A stretch of 64,000 nucleotides of DNA from Mobula birostris (taxonomy: Eukaryota): NCBI RefSeq assembly GCF_030028105.1, contig NC_092389.1, positions 16,355,180 to 16,419,179 on the forward strand, read 5' to 3'. This document shows, piece after piece, positions 51,050 through 64,000 of this stretch. A program made the translations under genes and the position numbers. The notes under the pieces were generated by a model. It did not search any database and was not told the origin of the DNA. It was given only the letters and a program-made list of their open reading frames with translations. The first letter of the stretch is position 1, and the number at the start of each line of letters is the position of its first letter.

Positions 51050-54000
51050 TTGGAACAGTAGGGTTGCCAGACAGGATAGTAGGATGCTCCTCTTGCGGGA
51101 CGTGGGAAGGCAGAGAGACGTCCAGTGTCCCTGACAACATCACCTGCAAGAAGTGCATCCAGCTGTAGCTTCTAATAATCTGCATTAATGAGTTGGAGCT
51201 GGAACTGGATGAACACCAGATCGTTCAGGAGGCTGGGGGCATGATAGATAGGACATATAGAGAGGTAGTTACACCCAAGATGGAGGACATAGGAGATTGG
51301 GTGGCAGTCAGGAATGGGAAAGAGGTTAAACAACCAGTGCAGAGTCCCCTTGTGGCCATCCCCCTCAACAACGGGTATACCACTTTGGATACTGTTGGGC
51401 CAGATAACCTAGCAGAGGAAAGTTACAGCGGTCAGGTGCCTGGCACTGAATCTGGCTCTGTGACTCAAGGGAAGTGAGGAGAATAGGTGAGCTGCAGTGA
51501 TAGGGGATTCATTAATTAGGGGGACTGAAAGGAGGCTCTGTGGATGAGAACAAGATTCCTGGATGTTATGTTGCCAGAGTCTGGGACATGTCGGATCGAC
51601 TCCTCAGTATTCTTGAGCAGGAGAGTGAGCAGCCAGAGGTTGTGGTCCACATGGGTACTAATGACAGGTAGGAAGAGTAACAAGGTTCTGTAAAGTGAGT
51701 ACAGGGAGTTAGATGGTAAGTTAAAGGACAGGACCTCCAGGCTTGTGATCTCAGGATTGCAACCTGTGCCTTGTGCACACCACAATGAGGCCAGAAGCAG
51801 GAAAATAATACAGTTTAACATGTGGCTAAGGAGCTGATGTAGGAGGGAAGGTGTCTGATTTTTGGATCATTGGGCTCTCTTCCAGGGAAGGTGGGATCTG
51901 TATAAAAGAAACAGCTTGCCCCCAAACTGGAAGGGGACTAATATCCTAGCAGGAAGGTTTGCTGGTGCTGCATGGGACGGTGGGGGGTGGGGTGGTGGTT
52001 AAACTAGAGTTGTGGTGGATGGGAACCAGAGTGTCAGAATGGTTAGTGGTGAGGTTGTGAAGACAGACTTTGTTAAGACCTCAGACAAAGTCGGGAATCA
52101 AAAGATTGAATATGGTGCAATTAATGCCCTGAGCTGCGTATACTGTATTTCAATACAAGAAGTATTGTAGGAAAGGCAGATGAGCTCAGGGCATGGATTG
52201 ACACGTGGAATTATGATATTTGGTTGCAGAAGGGGCAGGACCGGCAGCTCAGTATTCTGGGGTTCTGTTGTTTTAGATGTAACAGACTGGGAGGGATTAA
52301 AGGGGGAGGGGTGGCGTTACCAGTCAGGGAAAATGTCACGGCAGTGCTCAGTCAGGACAGACTGGAGAACTTCTCTAGCGAGGCTTTATGGGTGAAACTG
52401 AGGAACAAGAGAGGTATGACCACTTTTATGGACCACCCAACAGTCTGCAGGATTTAAAGGAACAAATTTGTAGAGAGATTGCAGATTGTTGCAAGAAGCA
52501 TAAGATTGTGCACAAGGAAGCACAAGGTAGGTGAATTTCACTTTACACGTATTGACTGGAACTCCCATATTGTAAAAGGGCCAGATGGGATAGAGTTTGT
52601 CAAATATATTCAGGAAAGTTTTCTTAATCAGTACAGAGAAGTCCCAAAGAGAGAGTGTGCGACACTTGATCTCCTATCAGGGAATGAGACAGGGCAAGTG
52701 ACAGAAGTTTGTGTAGGGGAACACTTTGCATCAAGTGACCATAATGCCATTAGTTTCAAAGTAAATATGGAAAAAGATAGGTCTAGTCCGTGGCTTGAGA
52801 TTCTAAATTGGAGAAAGACTTATTTTGATGATATCATAGTGGATCTGGTGAGTGTGGATTGGGACAGGCTGTTTCCTGGCAAAGGTGTACCAGAAAACAG
52901 CCTTTAAAAGTGACGTGTTGAGAGTACAAAGCTTGTATGTGCCTGTCAGAATAAAAGTAAAGATAACAGGTCATGGCCCTAGTTAATAAAAAAAAGAGAT
53001 GCCTAGCAGGTATAGGCAGGTAGAAACAAATGAGGTACTTATGAAATGCCAGAGAACACTTGAGGAGGAAATCAAGAGTGCTAAAAGAATGCATGAGGTT
53101 GCCCTAGCAGACAAGGTGAAGGAGAATCATAAGGGATTATACAGATATGTTCAGAGCAAAAGGATTGCAAGGACAAAATTGATCCTCTGGAAGATCAGAA
53201 TGGTAATCTATGCATGGAGTAAAAGAGATGGGGGAGATCATAAGTGGATGTTTTTGAATCTGTACATGTATTTACTTGGGAAACATTCAAAGGGTCTGTA
53301 GAAGTGAGGCAAAGCAGCAGCAAGGTCATGGACCCTATATAGATTACAGAGGAGGAAATGTTTATTGTCCTAAGGCAAATTAGGGTGGATAAATCCTCAG
53401 GGCCTGACAAGGTGTTCCCTTGTACCTTGTGGGAGGCAAGTGCAGAAATTGCAGGGGCCCTAGCAGAGATATTTAAATCATCCTTCGTGACAGGTGTGGT
53501 ACCAGAGGATTGGAGGAAAGCTAATGTTTCAAGAAACTAAGAAATTATAGGCTGGTGAGCCTGACATCAGTAATGGGGAAGTTATTGGAAGGTGTTCTGA
53601 GAGACCGGATATATGAGCATTTGGATAGACACGGACTGATTAGGGAGAGTCAGCATGGCTTTGTGCATGATAGGTTGTGTCTAAGCAATCTTATAGAGTT
53701 TTTTGAGGAAGTTACCAGGAAAGTTGATGAAGGCAAGGCAATGGATGTTGTATACATGGACTTTAGTAAGGCATCTGGCAAGGTCCTGCATGTGAGGTTG
53801 GTCAAGAAGGTTCAGTCGCTCGGCATTCAAGATGAGGTGGTAAATTGGATTAGACATTGGGTTTGTGGGAGAAGCCAGTGAGTGGTAGTAGATGGCTGCC
53901 TGTCTGAACGGAGGACCAGTGGAGTGCCACAGGGATCAGTGCTGGGTCTGTTGCTGCTTGTCATTTATATCAACTTCCTGGATGATAATGTGGTAAACTG

Positions 54001-54860
54001 TAACAGCAAATTTGCAGATGACACCAAGATTGGAAGTGCAGTGGACAGCAAGGAAGTCCATCAGAACTTGCAGTGGGATTTGGACCAGCTGGAAAAATGG
54101 CAGGTGGAATTTAATACAGACAAGAGCAAGGTGTTGCACTTCGGTAGGACCAACCAAGGTAGGCCTTACACAGTGAAAGGCAGAGCACTGAGGAGTGTGG
54201 TAGAACAAAGGGATCTAGGAATACAGGTCCATTAAGCAGAAAGGGCCGTAAAGGAAGCTTCTGGCATATTGGCTTTCATAAATCAAAGTATTGAGTATAG
54301 GAGATGTAATACATTGGTGAGGCCTAATTCGGAGAATTGTGTGCAGTTTTGGTCACCTACCTACAGGAAAGATGTAAATAAGGTTGAAAGAGTGAAGAGA
54401 AAATTTACAAGGATGGTGCCATGACTTGAGTACCTGAGTTATAAACAAAGATTGAATAGGTTAGGACTTTATTCCTTGGAACATAGAAGAGTAAGGGGAA
54501 ATTTGATAGAGGTATGCAAAATTATGAGGGTATAGATAGAGTAAATGCAAGCAGGCTTTTTTCACTGAGGTTGGGCGGAACTACAACTAGAGGTCATGAG
54601 TTAAGGGTGAAAGGTGAAAAGTTTAAAGGGAACATGAGGGGAAACTTCTTCACTCAGAGGGTGGTGAGAGTGTGGAAGGAGCTGCCAGTGAAAGTGGTAC
54701 ACGTAAACTTGATTTCAACATTTAAGGAAATTTAGATAGGTACATGAATTGGAGGGCTATGGTCCGGGTGCAGGTCGATTGGGATTAGGCACTTTAAATG
54801 GTTCGGCATGAACTAGATGTGCCAAAGGGCTTGTTTCTGTGCTGTATTTTTCTGTAACTC
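51050..54860 (+). mobile_element. Near full-length degenerate CR1 LINE (ORF1 zinc finger + esterase; ORF2 endonuclease + RT)
   Basis: CSSCGTWE...CKKC; VIGDSLIRG; VVVHMGTND; FRCNR...GGGVAL; LDLLSGN...HFASSDHN; QHGF; GVPQGSVLG; KFADDTK; CR1 3' tail. Many stops and frameshifts. Confidence 0.92.
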
Positions 54861-54879
54861 CACGACTGTGTCTGGGGCA

Positions 54880-55345
54880 CAGGATATGAGCAGAGAGGTT
54901 TTGCTATACCTTTATGTTGGTTAGGCCACAAGTGAAGTTCTATGTGCCATACCAAGGGGAAAATGCAGTAGCGCTGGAGAGGGTGCAGAAGAGATTCACC
55001 AGAATGTTGTCTAGGATGGCACATTTCAGTTATGAGGAGAGACTGGAGAAGTTGAGTTTGTTTTCCTTGGAGTAGAGGTGACTAATGAATGAGTTATGTA
55101 AAATTATGTAACATCAACAATGTTCAGACAGTGTAGAACATTGGGAAGAAGTTTAGAGGGTGCTTGAAATCTGCAACACACATCCTGAGTCATTGATGGA
55201 AGTGGGTACTTTCACACATTTAAGAAGGATCTGGATAAGCATTGAAATGGCAAGGCATAGAATGCTACAGACCAATTTTTGGTAAATATGATTAGCCTAG
55301 ATTGGCAATTGGTCATCAATATGGACATGAATGGCCTGTTTCTAG
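54880..55345 (+). mobile_element. Old CR1 3' fragment
   Basis: LERVQKRFTRML...SYEERLEKLSLFSLE. Confidence 0.7.
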
Positions 55346-55554
55346 GCTGTATGAATCTATGAACAAAGGTGTAATTAACAGTGACACAAATAATTTGCTC
55401 AATTTGGGTTTACTGCCATAAAAGTGTTTACTTGGTGGTTTAAAACATTTCTGTAATAAAGCAGGTGAAGAGTTGGAATTTAAGGAAATAGTCTGCGGTT
55501 TGTCTATATGCTTTCCACTGTAACAAGGGTAGCTGATCTTCTCTTGAATCTTTG

Positions 55555-56046
55555 TTTAGTACATTTTAGCATTTTAACTGGTTGCATCACCATTTGGTAT
55601 GGAGAGGCCACTGCACAGGATCGGAAAAAGCTGCAGAAAGTTGTAAACTCAGCCAGCTCCATCATGAGCAGCACTAGCCACCCCAGCATCGAGGACACCT
55701 TCAAAAGGTGATGCCTTAAAAAGGCGGCATTCATGTCCTGGGTGACTGGGTCATGCCTTCTTCTCATTGCTGCCACCTAGTAGGAGGTACAGGAGCCTGG
55801 AGACACACACTCAATGTTTCAAGAACAGCTTCTTCCTCTTTGCCAGCTGATTTCTGAATGGACAATGAATCCATGAACACTACTAAACTATCTTTACCTC
55901 TCTTTTTGCACTACTTATTTAACATAATTTTTATATATGTATACAGGTACTTATTGTAATCTATAGTTTTTATTATGTATTGCACTGTACTGTTGCCACA
56001 AAACAACAAATTATGACATATGCCATTGATACTAAACCTGATTCTG
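55555..56046 (+). mobile_element. Rex/Babar-like 3' end
   Basis: SILTGCITIWYG...DRKKLQKVVNSA motif and tail AAACCTGATTCTGA. Confidence 0.82.
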
Positions 56047-57421
56047 ATACATTGTGAAACACTACTATAGATGAAGGTGACCTTGGATTAGTAAACAGAA
56101 AATATTTTCAAAATATGAAAACTTAACCATTTCAAATAGTTAACCACAATACTGCAACATTATCAGAAAGCTTTTGAATCTTCTTTTTTCAAATGATGTG
56201 TGTGTTAGCTTATCCAGAAAGATTTGCTTAATAATAGATTGCTGTATTAATCTGTACAGTCTGTCTTAATGGAATTTTAGCAAGCAAGAGTTAACTGTAT
56301 GTGTTCTCCATAAAGTCTAATTTTAAGTGGCCTAAGATGTTGTACTCTTGACTTCGAATGAGATGATTGTGGCTTTGAAACACTCTGTGGATTAAGCATG
56401 TAATTAGGATGGTGATTCAACAGAACACAAATGAAGTACCATCAAAGAAGCAAGAATAGAAATTTGACCACAATACTTGTACTAAATGTACAATTTTGTG
56501 TCTGCTGCACATTGTACTGTTTCCAAAATTCAGCTCATTTCTTTCAGAATTCAGTTTCAGTGAATTCAGGGTGTAATACTCAGTGTCTGTGTGTCTTTTC
56601 CAAGTGACAGAATGTGAGTTTATACCCAGTGTTTTTCTGATGAAATATTGAACTGAATTACAATCTGTCTACGTAGGAAGATGTAATTGATCAAGAACAG
56701 AAAGTTCTGTACTTGGCCTATGCCATATTCCTTCCTCAAAGCAAAAATGCAGAAATATCTTTATTGCCTTTTGTATTCTTTATTCAGTATCTTATTATTT
56801 TATCACCATACCAACTTATTTCATACTTCGTACAAAAGCCCTTAGGTCAAACTTTTCCTACACCCCATTAAAATTAGTGCCATTTAGTTTATATTTTGCC
56901 AATCTTAACTCTTGCCAGATATAACATTATGTTGAAAGATCTGTCATTATCTATTATCTTGCTATTTTTCCAACATGTCTAATATGGCATTGAATAATTG
57001 TATTCCAGTCATTTTTCTGCAACATACTGCAAGGAAACAAGCTCCTTTGATGTATACCTATTATTAAAAGTTGTTTTCTGTAATCATTTAAAGATGTGGG
57101 CATCACTAAAAGGTCAACAGCCACTGCTCATCTGTAATTTCCCTTGGACTATGGTCCTTATAGTTAATGCATCCTAAAACATTTGATGTCTTCCTTATGA
57201 GATATGATCTTTATTTGGAAACTGAATACAAAAAAACTATAAATGTTGGAAATCTTAAATAAAAACAGAAAATGCTGGAGCTTAAAATGTTTGATATTTC
57301 TCTTTCTATAAATAACCTGAAACTTCAACCGTGTTGCATTTTCCACAGATACTGCCTGACCTGTTGATTACTTCCAGCATTTCTGTTTTTATTCTTAGTT
57401 ACTCAAATGCCAGAAATCTAC

Positions 57422-60400
57422 CCTTTCGTCTGTTTTCTGCACTGCCTACAACGGTTGAATGTTCCCATTGCAGCCATATAACAGACAATACAAGCAACAA
57501 TAGGCTTCCCAGCAACAGCATCTAATATAAATTTATCCCTGTCTCTGTTCTACCTTTAAAAGAGCTGACTCATGATGAGGTAAATTCCAGATGTTCCAAC
57601 TGCACTCCTGTCATTTCAATCAGGTGCCTGTTTAAAGTGCAAGCCTGGATTGTGAGTGTCAGAATATTTGATATTTCTTTGTGATTTGGAGGGAGTACTC
57701 TGCCCATTGAGCCTATGCCATCTCTGAGGGCAATCTCAACAATCCCCTTTGCCTACTCATCTCTCTGTGATTTATTTTCTCTCACAAACCCTTAATGTCT
57801 TGTGCCACACACTGTCAGTAGTAATACGATATTACTACACTGTAATCATGCAAATTTCCACTAGGTGCTCTAATTTCCTCCCACATACTAAAGGTGTGCT
57901 GGTTTGTACATTATTGGCTACTATATTGTTAGGGCAATTTTAAGTAGTCAATAGCAAGTATGAAACTTGAGTTCAAAAGAAAGAGACAAAGACAGAGAGA
58001 GCTTGGGCCCACCTGTTTGTTTGTACTGGACTGTTTGACTGTGTAAGAAGTGATCAAAATCTCTCAAAGTCAAAGATCGGAGCTTCGATCAACATCAATC
58101 ACACACTTGATTGGAAGCCAGTGAGAACTGGCCAGCCTCAGTTGTATAATATCTATCCTCAAAGTAACTGGGGATTGTAACGATAAAGTCAGTTAGTTCG
58201 ATATGACTTTGAGCTCTTGTTGTTGATTTAAAAGCAATATTTCTGCAGGAGAATGCACAAACTCCCAGTGCAGATTGAAGGCTTGAGACCTGGGTCACTG
58301 AAGCTGTTTTTATTTATACATTGATGATTTTTTTGTCCTCCAAGTGCTGAAGTTCTAGAACAAAAACATAGAGGCACAAGCTGAATTATGCCTTTTTATT
58401 TTATGGAGAATACTTACAATATCCAAAGCAGAAAATGCTGTAGTAAATTACAAAAATATACATTTGCAATTGAAATGAGAAACTTTAATTTGTGCTGCAT
58501 TATGCAGGAAACAGTGTTATTACTTACATGTCATACTCTACATTGAAATGTGAGCGTGACAATTCAAAGATGACCCCTTGAAGATTTAAGTGCCTTTAAT
58601 TTTACTAATGAAGCATCTTTAGGGAGAAGAAAACTTCAAACATAGAACTATAAAAGGAAACAATATACCACAGGTTTATAGCAATTTCTTTATCCCTTTT
58701 AACATTTAGTAGCGTTTCATGTTGATCAGAAAAATAAAGCTCCATTCATTCATCCCACAATTTTCCTGTCCTTTCCACATATGACTATCAGTTAGGGCTG
58801 GATCACATATTTTTGCAGCAAACATATTGTAGTTGTCTGTTTATTTTTGTATAACCAAATTAAATACTTATGGTTTCCAATTAACATTAAAGTGGTGTGT
58901 TTTGACTGAAGTGCGAGTTATATTTCCAATGCTTCATTTAAACATGCTACTTGAAATACTACATGAAGAACAGCCGATAAATAGAATCTGAACCAAAGTA
59001 CCAGAGTACAACATTCACAGAGGTTTGCATAAGGAGGAAGGTGGGTGGCAAAGAAAGAGCATGGGTCTACCTAATCATACAAAAATATTGCATAACTTGA
59101 GGTTTAGATGAGTATGCATGTTCTCCTGTTACATTAAGGATGCATGTGTATGCTCCTCCAAATGCTGGTATATTTAAGATCCCGAGCAGCCCCCTATTCA
59201 ACTTATTGTTTAATTTTAGTTCTGATGATATATTCTTTTATGTCTTGTTCATTTTAAGCCTGAATAACTTGTATTTAATTGAACCAGAATCTGTTGTCTT
59301 GAGGAATTCATCTGGTATTGTTAGCACGAACCTATGACATGGTTTTATATAATCACATTAATATCTCCCTAGTTTCCACAGCTTACAGGCATTGAACTAA
59401 TTGGCTACAAGTTGCAAAATGTGGAAAGGCGTTTTATTATATTGCATTGGTATGTGAATATGTCAGTACAAAGCTGTCATGCACAGCTGGTACAAGAGCT
59501 CAAAACCTTCCTCTAGAATGCTAGTTATCAAAAAGGTGACAAGAGCAAATAATAAAATACACATTATAAATCTGTACTGCATTTTAAAATTGAAACGATG
59601 TTCTCCTAATGTGTCTTTGATGTGATACAAACATAGGAATGTTCAAAAAATTCAACATGGATGCACAAAATAAAAATAACATGAAAAATGGTGCAGGCTT
59701 GGTGTCTTAAATAAAGGCCTTTTCTTAGAATAGTCATGTTTGTCAGCCTCTGCTGAGTTCTTTTCAGATATCAATGAGCCTTCTGTACATTACAGTATTT
59801 TGCTTTGATTTTTAGATTTTCATCATTCACAGTTTTCATTTTTTACTTTAAGCTTTTAAACTTTATCAATGCCTCCTTATCCATTTGTACATTTTCAATC
59901 CAAATGGAAATATGCTTCACATTAAATCTGCAGCAGCTGATATCCAAGGTGTGCCAGATTTTCTCAGTGCACTGCTGCAATAGGTCATGCCACACAGAGG
60001 TGGCACATCAATTCACTGCAGATGTATAAATTAACATTTCTGATACTGTACTGGGTCTGGTGCATTCACTTGGCCCAGTGTTGATTTGACTGGGGGGGGG
60101 GGGAGTGGGGAGGGTCTTTGCAGTAAAAACATGAAGAATTTTCATGGGGAGAAGGAAATTCTAAGGATGACCTTGTTTGTGTACCAGTAGCTAATGACCA
60201 CCATTAGATTCCCAACCCATTCTCATTGTCTCCATACACTTCAGCATTAGGAGGATGTTAAGAAAGGAAAAAATAGAGTTAGTATTCTAAAATCTGTAAT
60301 TTTTCACAAACATGTGACTTGTGTTTACTTTAGGCTGTTTCAGTTTATTATAAAGCATGTGATCATTGCACATATTTTAAAAGCTAAAAGTAAGTCTGTA

Positions 60401-60526
60401 GTACATTTGAAGAAAACTTTAATACATGTCATATAGTTGAACTGTGTTCCTGACAAAACATGGAATCTGAAGTAGATGATGAATAAACAACATAGCGAGT
60501 TGTATTTTGGCATTTTTCTCTTTTTA

Positions 60527-60564
<38 letters not shown>

Positions 60565-60943
60565 ATTTCTCTTTAAATCCCTTATAGCTAAAAATGATGC
60601 ACCACTTTTAACTCTAAAACAAAGCTGCAAAAAATGACATAACCACCTGACTAATGATTAGCATTATTCTATCCCGTACCTGATGAAATAAAGAGCATCA
60701 GCTCAGACACGTAAGAAACCTCTGACATGTTTTTAACTGTAAATAATTCAACAACTCCAATAACAGTTACCCAATTCTGCTTCATAGAATTAGACAGGGC
60801 ACAGTGCGTTTTGCAGCTTGGCTTCACTGAAAGAAATGCAATGTTTGTAAACGGCATTGAGCCAATGGTTCCCATCTGAATGTTAACAATTGCCGCTTTC
60901 AGATTCACACTTATGAGTAACAAAACTGATAGAAATTGGCAGT
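57422..60943 (-). pseudogene. Possible decayed multi-exon type I membrane protein gene
   Basis: AG/GT-bounded segments 60680-60943 (open, 88 codons), 60015 onward, 59071-59331 (87 codons, one TAA) and 57422-57627 (hydrophobic MLLLGSLLLLVLSVIW); adjoining phases are compatible. No family recognised. Confidence 0.3.
60531..60559. repeat. (AT)n microsatellite
   Basis: Visible run of about 14 units. Confidence 0.9.
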
Positions 60944-61689
60944 CTTTTAAGATAAACATTTAGGAAATATTCACAGAAAAAAAACTAACCTATTTTAAAT
61001 ACAAGTCAAAATAAAACTGACAGAAATTGTTTGCAGAACAGGAAGCTTACACGTCCCTTTTGAACTGAATTGTACATTCCCAAAGTGCTGTTACATAGTA
61101 ATATGTACAGATGCATCTGAAGGTAAAATAATTACTTTTAATTCCATGTTTTTTTAAACATGCATCTGCTTTGGATATTTTTAAAATGTCATTTTTTATT
61201 TTGCATAATTTGCCTCATTTTTAAATTATGTTAAGAATGATATAGAAGCATATCATTTAAAAAATGCACATTAAAACTTCCCTGGTTGTTACTTTGTGAA
61301 TCATAGTAAGTACTAAACATTTGCCGTGAAGAATGTTCTTTCTGTGTGAATGACATGAGCACAGAGATTCTTAACTATATTTGGCCCATATTGCTGAATT
61401 CCAATATGCTACACAATATCACATAAGCTGGATAAACAAATTTCCGGACTCAACAGTTAACTGCTTCCCAAGTGTTTGTGCACTATTTTTTTTAGTAAAT
61501 TAGCATCCCTCACAACTAATCCTACATTACCTATGTTCCCTTATGATAGAGGAGGGCATTTTGGCCTATTAGTCTATACTGGCTCACAGAGCAATCCCAT
61601 TCCCCTACCCAGTTCCCTGAAACTTATTATCTCTCAACTCCAGCCTGATTTTCATATCACCCACCTGCATTAGAGTACTTACAGTAACT

Positions 61690-61865
61690 AATCAGCTTGA
61701 ACCAACCTGCTTTCGTGACATAAAAGGAAGCCAGAGCACCTGAGTAAAACTCCAAGGTCACACAAAGAACATACAACTTCCACCCAGCAGCAAATGTTAA
61801 GATTGACTCTGGGTTGCAGGAGCAATGAGGCAGCAGCACTACCTGATCTGTCACTAGGCCACCCC
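61690..61865 (-). mobile_element. Decayed V-SINE/HE1-like SINE
   Basis: Reverse strand GGTAGTGCTGCTGCCTCA...CAACCCAGAGTCAATC head with a GGTGCTCTGGCTTCC core. Confidence 0.5.
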
Positions 61866-63289
61866 AAGATTCATTCCCTGTGCATAATTGAAAAATGTGC
61901 ATTGTGGCTCATCCAAATCCACTTCCCTTTTCAAATGGACCATCATTGAACTAATATCGCAGAATACAGAGAATTGTCAAAGATCAAGTTCATTGTTAAC
62001 ATTGGAAACAAGCCAACATTTCATTTGTGAGACACAGAGTATATTACTCAAAACCTGTGGGTCAATACACAACATTTGACATTCAACTTGCCCTTAGCAT
62101 TTGATAACTATGACATTTTTCACCATACATTGCTTAGTTTCTGAGAAAGGCAGAGCTTGATTGCATCAATACAGCACCTCGGGTCTGAATGAAGAAGCAA
62201 ACTAGGTGGGATCTTGTTGAGCCATCAATCAGATTAAAGGATTGTAAAATAAATAGTGGAAGGTGTACAAGTTAGTGAAATAATTCAATATCAAAGCTGG
62301 AACAGATAGAAAAATAAAGAGAAAAACAATGGCTTTAAATAAAAAAAGAGCCAAAAGAAAAATAAATCTGCAATAAAGTAATCTGATTTAACCAAAACCT
62401 GAAGCAATGTGCAAACAATTTATTCTTAGTGCCAGCAAGGTTGACTGGTGTTAATAGCCAGTTTATCAAGCTGTTAAAAGGCTTTTATTTGAATAGCCTG
62501 ATTTAACTTTCCATATCAAGTTTACTTTGACTTTATTATACAAATACAAAACATAAAGTTCTTCAATAAACTTGAAAGGGTACCCAATCAATAAATGTCA
62601 TTTTCCTAAAGCTAACAGCATAAGGGTGGAGAAGCCCTTGTTGAATTACAACTTTTACATCACCAAGTTTAACTGTGTACTTGCCTAAATTTGCTGTGAA
62701 TTTGGCTTTCAGTAAAGGTGAGCACCATGAACCTTACCATTATATTGTGAGTAACTCCTGGGTCTTTTTCTCTACCAAAAAAATGTTAACCACATATTTT
62801 TAATGGAAAGAAGTACAATTCCTGTCATGTGTAGACTTTTTCTGAGTTTGAAAGTTTTGTAGATCATATTTAGAAGACAATGAAGTTTCTCTTTGGAACT
62901 TGAATGCAAGAACTTTACAATAACTAAGGAAAGATGGTTTCTATTGACAATTGCCATGAACTATTACTCAACTATCATCAATATTTCCTAGGATGCTAGG
63001 TGCTATTAGACAAGTTGATGAAGTCACAAGTGCATCAGCAATAGCTCATTATTTTTCATTGCAAATAGGATGTCCCAGAGTTAGCAAATAATACCTACAT
63101 GATATTACAATGGTGTCACCAGACATTTTACTGCCTTGAACAGTTCTGAGCTCAACTGAGATCACAAAGCAGTCAATAACATAACTGACATTACAGCAGC
63201 ATAATCCAACTAACATAGTGTGAAAATGAGCATTTTTATATTGATAGCGACTTTGTTTTGTTCCAGAAGTACTGGCCATAAATACAAGG

Positions 63290-64000
63290 TAGTAAATAAC
63301 AAGTTCACAGAAGAATTCGGGAGAAACTTGAGATGGTGAATGTGGAACTTGCTATCTCTTGGAGAGATTTCTTCAGCATGAAGCTACAAAAGAGGGAAAA
63401 TGACTAGATGGATGTATAGGTTGGCTTAGAATATGTAGGGATGATGAAGGTTTACGTGGAAATGCATGGCTGCAGACAGCTGAGTTGAAAGGTCTTCTGT
63501 TCTGTGCTGTAAATTCTATGTAATTTTGCATATGTAATTTTATAACCAGGGTCATCTATTTTGGACAATCCTTTATAGTTTGTGCTACTTTCAATTACAA
63601 GAAAACAGCCATGCCTTGGACAGTAGAAAATCCTGGATATATTAGGGAGATACGTCACAGACTGAATGGATAAAAAGGGAAGAACTAAAGATGGGGCAGG
63701 CCTGTCAAGAGTATAAGAAGTGTAGGGAAGCACTTAAAAGAAATAAGGAAGGCAAACAGGGTTCACTGGTAGACTGGATTAAGGTAAATAAAAAAATGTT
63801 TTTATATATATATTAATGGGAAAATTAATAACAAAGAAAATAGTTGGACCCATGAGGAACAAATGGAACAATCATTGTGTGGAACCAGAAGGTATTGGTG
63901 AGGTCCTAAGAGCATTTTTCATCAGCATTCCCGGACTTTGTAGTTGGAGAATTCAGGAAAGGTGAAGGTGTAAGTATAATAGAAGATGTTCAATGTCTGA
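63290..64000 (+). mobile_element. Old CR1 fragments
   Basis: CR1 tail-like ...TTCTGTGCTGTAAATTCTATG; 63620-64000 resembles window positions 200-560. Confidence 0.55.

Noticed and set aside
62735-63279. Further coding exon of the candidate minus-strand gene
   Set aside because: A good donor (ATG|GTAAGG near 62735) exists, but no frame stays consistent and no motif is recognisable.

Overview
Eukaryotic (vertebrate) genomic DNA, AT-rich and dense in retroelements. The repeat set (CR1, Rex/Babar, Penelope-like, HE1/V-SINE-like) suggests a cartilaginous fish, probably a ray; this is inference. Three intact spliced genes can be assembled by hand with GT-AG junctions and consistent phase: RBM7 (minus, 5 coding exons, 293 aa), REXO2 (plus, 7 coding exons, up to 281 aa, divergent from RBM7) and AAMDC (plus, 3 coding exons, 122 aa). 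Most long ORFs in the track are transposon debris (CR1 and Rex LINEs, Tc1, Tigger/pogo, a hAT-like MITE, Penelope GIY-YIG). The main non-obvious signal is about 13 copies of a Penelope-derived terminus carrying a minimal type I hammerhead ribozyme motif. One copy is perfect (44375-44410), several lie sense within introns of the three genes, and one pair forms a ~1 kb inverted repeat. At 57.4-61 kb there are also phase-compatible minus-strand exon-like segments that may be a decayed membrane-protein gene. No database searches were possible; family names come from recognising motifs.
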